This document shows positions 60,289-64,000 of a stretch of 64,000 bases of DNA, in pieces; the first letter of the stretch is position 1; every line of letters starts with the position of its first letter. Source of the stretch: Ranitomeya imitator. Taxonomy: Eukaryota. The notes below the pieces were generated by a model. It was given only the letters and a program-made list of their open reading frames with translations, made no database searches and had not been told where the DNA came from. The position numbers and the translations under genes were made by a program. The stretch lies in the NCBI RefSeq assembly GCF_032444005.1, contig NC_091285.1, positions 33,232,001-33,296,000 on the forward strand, given 5' to 3'.

Positions 60289-62491
60289 GTCGTTCTGGGC
60301 CAGGACACAAGTTCAGAGTCAGTGACTATCTGGCTCCTCTGGCCTGATTAGTGAGGAGGGCTGGTAATCAGGCTCTACTATAAGCCTCCTCCTCCTAAAT
60401 TACTGGCACACACCTCTAGTTCCTGTAGTTTGGCCCCTTTCATCCCTTGTTGCTTTCTCAGGTACAATCCAATCTTCACTAGTCACAGAAACTTCCAGCG
60501 CCCCATATACTATCCCCACCTCGGGTACTTGGGGTTTAGATTTTCTGTACCAAAATTTCAGGTGAGCCTTTTTATTCGCTGTAGAAATGGGAGTAAAGCA
60601 CCTAAAATCTGCTCCAGATTTTATGAAAACAAAGTTACTGAGCAAATTTGAAGTTCCCCCCTTAAAAAAAAAAGTTTCATTTTAGATTTGAGATACCAAA
60701 AACATAACAGCAGCTAAAATTAAAAAAAAAAAAAAAAAAGTGTAATAAAAAACGTAATAGAAAAGGCTAATTGGTGCAGAAGTTTTGCTTAAAATCTGCA
60801 GCATCAAAAACGCCCCAGTTCTGCACCACAGAACTTAGCCAAAGTTCCACCTGAAATCCGCCGCAAAAAATGAACCTCTGCACATTAACGTAAAAGCGAC
60901 AGGTTTCAACCTTTTGTTACTTCATTTAAAGCTCAGTTGCTGGAAAGAAGTCGTCATGTGCACATACCCTAAAGTGGTAAAAAAATGAAAAGTTTTCTAG
61001 TAGAGACTGTTTTAAGAAAAGCTCAGTTTTGGGGGAGTTTGTGGAGGAGTTTTTAATTTCCTGGGGTGGATTTGAAAAGTTTTTCAAGTGTTTTCAGAAA
61101 GGTTTTTTTTTTCCTTAAGCGTTTTTTTTTTTTTTTTGCAGCCTTTTAATCGCACAGTGCCCAGTTTAGAATGTTTTCCATCAAGAGCCGCTTCAAAGAA
61201 GTGACATGCTCTTTCTTTTGTCCCATCATGTGTTTTTCAAAGTCTGAAAAGGAGGAAAAACACACAAAACACACAAAAGACTTCAAGGAATGCTTGAAAT
61301 ACTCCTCATAGCTGAAAACAGCTATGAGGAGTATTTCAAGCATTCCTTTAAGTTTTTCGAGGAGTTTTTGAAGTGGAAACTCTCCAAATCCTTCTAAAAA
61401 ATAAGAAATGAATCCAAGTTTTCTGCTCCAAAAACTCAGCAAAAAGGCTCTGTGAGCACATTGCCTCAGACTATGGAGTCTTTTTGCTGAGTTTTTTTTA
61501 GAGGAACCTGAGCAAACTCATTTTTTTTTATCAGGAATTTAGCATTTTTGAGGAGGTTTTGGAGAATCTTTCAGTTTCTGCAATAACTCTTGTATAAACT
61601 CCATGTGCACATAGACTTTGTGTGACTTTTCAGGTGTCTATTGGAGAGGACAAGCTCCAAAAGGCTCTTCAAAAATCTCTTTGTGCACAAACCCCATGGC
61701 TAAGCACAGGCAACAGTTGTAAAATCCTACGTTTACAAATTGAGGACAGTACCAGGAGCTGCACTCATCTGGTCCGGAAATTGGTCCATACTAATGCATC
61801 TGAGGTCCAGGTGAAAAATAACCCATGTGCACTGGCACATAGGCTATTACTTGGTCAGTTTGTTGTCTGTTCTCTACTTTCTTTCTAAATTTTCTTGCCT
61901 TTGTGGGTCAGGAGCAAGTGACTCAGAGCAAGTTCCACTAAATCCTTTATACTACATTAGTCTGTCCATGTCCAGACCAGTCGGGCAGGTATTTCAGGTG
62001 TCACCACATGCCTGGGACCTGAGGTTGTCCTGCGGTTGAGATGGATACAGATACTCAACTTGTGTACTCGCTCCTCCAAATATCTCTTGGATGTGATTTA
62101 TAACTTTCTTCAGGACTTGGGTTACATTTAGAGGGGTTTTGTTGCATGGTTCCTTTTGTTTTTTGATTAGCGCCACCCCCTTCGACATTGAACGACATTG
62201 CTTAACTGTGGGATGAAGGGTGCTCTTAACTGTGGCAACGCCCATGATGCTCTAAGCAGCTTATTTGCATATGAACAAAAAGAATATAGATTGAGTATAA
62301 GAGTGCTCTTTCTTTATTGTCAACACTTATAGATATGGCAGCCCCCTAACCATTAACATATGGGCTAGCTAACTACTATACGTAGCACTTAAAGGGGTTG
62401 TTCGGTAAAAACAAGTTATTACCTATCCACAGAATAGATGATCACTTATTGATCTGTGGACGTTCGATTGCTGGGACCCGTAGAACAAGTG

Positions 62492-63222
62492 CATTTTATC
62501 CCCTTACGAATGGAGTGGCAGTATGTATGGTTGACCACCTGGTTTATCCCCTTTCAAATGGAGCGGCAGTACGTATGGTTGAAGGAACACCTGTTTTATC
62601 CCCTTTCGAATGGAGCAGCAGTGCATGTAGTTGACCACCTGTTTTATCCCCTTTCGAATGTAGCGGCAGTACGTATGGTTGAATGATCACCTGTTTTATC
62701 TCCTTTCAAATGGAGCAGCAGTACGTATGGTTACCCACCTGTTTTATCCCCTTTCGAATGTAGCGGCAGTACGTATAGTTGACCACCTGTTTTATTCCCT
62801 TTCAAATGGAGCAGCAGTACGTATGGTTGACCACCTGTTTTATCCCCTTTCGAATGGAGCGGCAGTGCGTATGGTTGACCACCTGTTTCATCCCCTTTCG
62901 AATGGAGCGGCAGTACGTATGGTTGACCACCTGTTTTATCCCCTATCAAAGGGAGTGGCAGTACGTATGGTTGACCACCAGTTTTATCCCTTTTCATATG
63001 GAGCGGCAGTACATATGGTTGACCACATGTTTTATCCCCTTTCGAATGGAGCGGCAGTACGCATGGTTGACCACCTGTTTTATCCCCTTTCGAAAGGAGC
63101 GGCAGTACGTATGGTTGACCACCTGTTTTGTCCCCTTTCAAATGGAGCGGCAGTACGTATGGTTAACCACCTGTTTTATCCCCTTTCGAATGGAGCGGCA
63201 GTGCTTATGGTTTACCGCCTGT
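62492..63222. repeat. 48-bp minisatellite, about 15 units
   Basis: Unit CAGTACGTATGGTTGACCACCTGTTTTATCCCCTTTCGAATGGAGCGG repeated head to tail without spacers. Confidence 0.95.
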
Positions 63223-64000
63223 AGGTCCATTCCCTATGGGGCTGCGCTTGGCTTTTTCCAGCAGCCCTATAAAGAATTAATGGAACATCGGCTGGGAATC
63301 CAACCTGCCGCTCTATCCCAGCGATTGGACCCCCACCTTCCTGGAAACCCACCGTTTTATTCCTTCTGCAAGAGATCTAAGTTGTATAACTACTGCTATG
63401 TAATATGTGCATTTTTCACGCCAGTCCCTACAGAGGGTTCCTCAAGGACTTCCATGTGGATGTGTTGGATGTCCAACAATTCACACACTCCCCTTATTTT
63501 TTACACCCATGTACTGGAATCCTGTCTCCACTCACTATATAACTGTAATTAATTGTACTAATTGTACAAGTCTCCACAATATGACAATAGGGGGCGGATC
63601 ACAAAAACCCCAAACAATGGGACCCATGCCACCTACTAAGTGACTTGTGTACGTAGAAAGGTGACACTTCTCACACTTAGAACTGGGGTCATTTCCCAGC
63701 AACAAACAATGGGGCTTCACAAAGTGAAATATGCTGCAAGATCTGCAGGTAAAACATTTAGATAGTACACAGAATTTTACATCATTTTTGAACGCGGCCT
63801 TTTTTTTTTTTTTAAATTGACAGATATATAAAGACGCTAAAGGAAAATGCCAGCATTGTTTGTCCTCAAGCGTCCTCTTTGGTGGCTTTTCGATAATTTT
63901 TGCGCCAACTTTTTTTTCCGCGTATGTCTGATTTGGACTGCTGATTGCATTGTTCTCTTTGAGATAAGCCGCCGACCGATGTGTCAGTCAGCTGTTTTCT

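Noticed and set aside
62492-63222. CRISPR-like regular array
   Set aside because: Units are contiguous with no unique spacers, no cas genes, vertebrate context.

Overview
Eukaryotic (vertebrate, almost certainly anuran amphibian; repeat content resembles dendrobatid frogs, inferred not proven) genomic window with four multi-exon host genes assembled here by hand from splice sites and reading phase: the first two exons of ADAM19 (-), a complete 5-exon SOX30 (-, 480 aa), a complete 6-exon THG1L (+, 292/269 aa) and a complete 6-exon NIPAL4 (-, 401 aa). Gene order differs from human by what looks like a single inversion of the ADAM19-SOX30-THG1L block. The SOX30 locus is heavily invaded by young elements: a full-length chromodomain Ty3/gypsy element (LTRs differ at 2 of 541 nt; no tRNA PBS but a self-priming PBS) in the intron that splits the HMG box, and two near-identical intact Tc1 transposons in inverted orientation bracketing the SOX30 promoter and first exon. 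Also present: a 5'-truncated Penelope-like element with a hammerhead-ribozyme motif, a truncated CR1 LINE, a Tc1 fossil, TTAA-type MITEs, several minisatellites, a perfect 284-bp palindrome, a 549-bp foldback and two assembly gaps. No CRISPR, rRNA or tRNA genes were seen. All identifications come from remembered family motifs and exon structure, not database searches.
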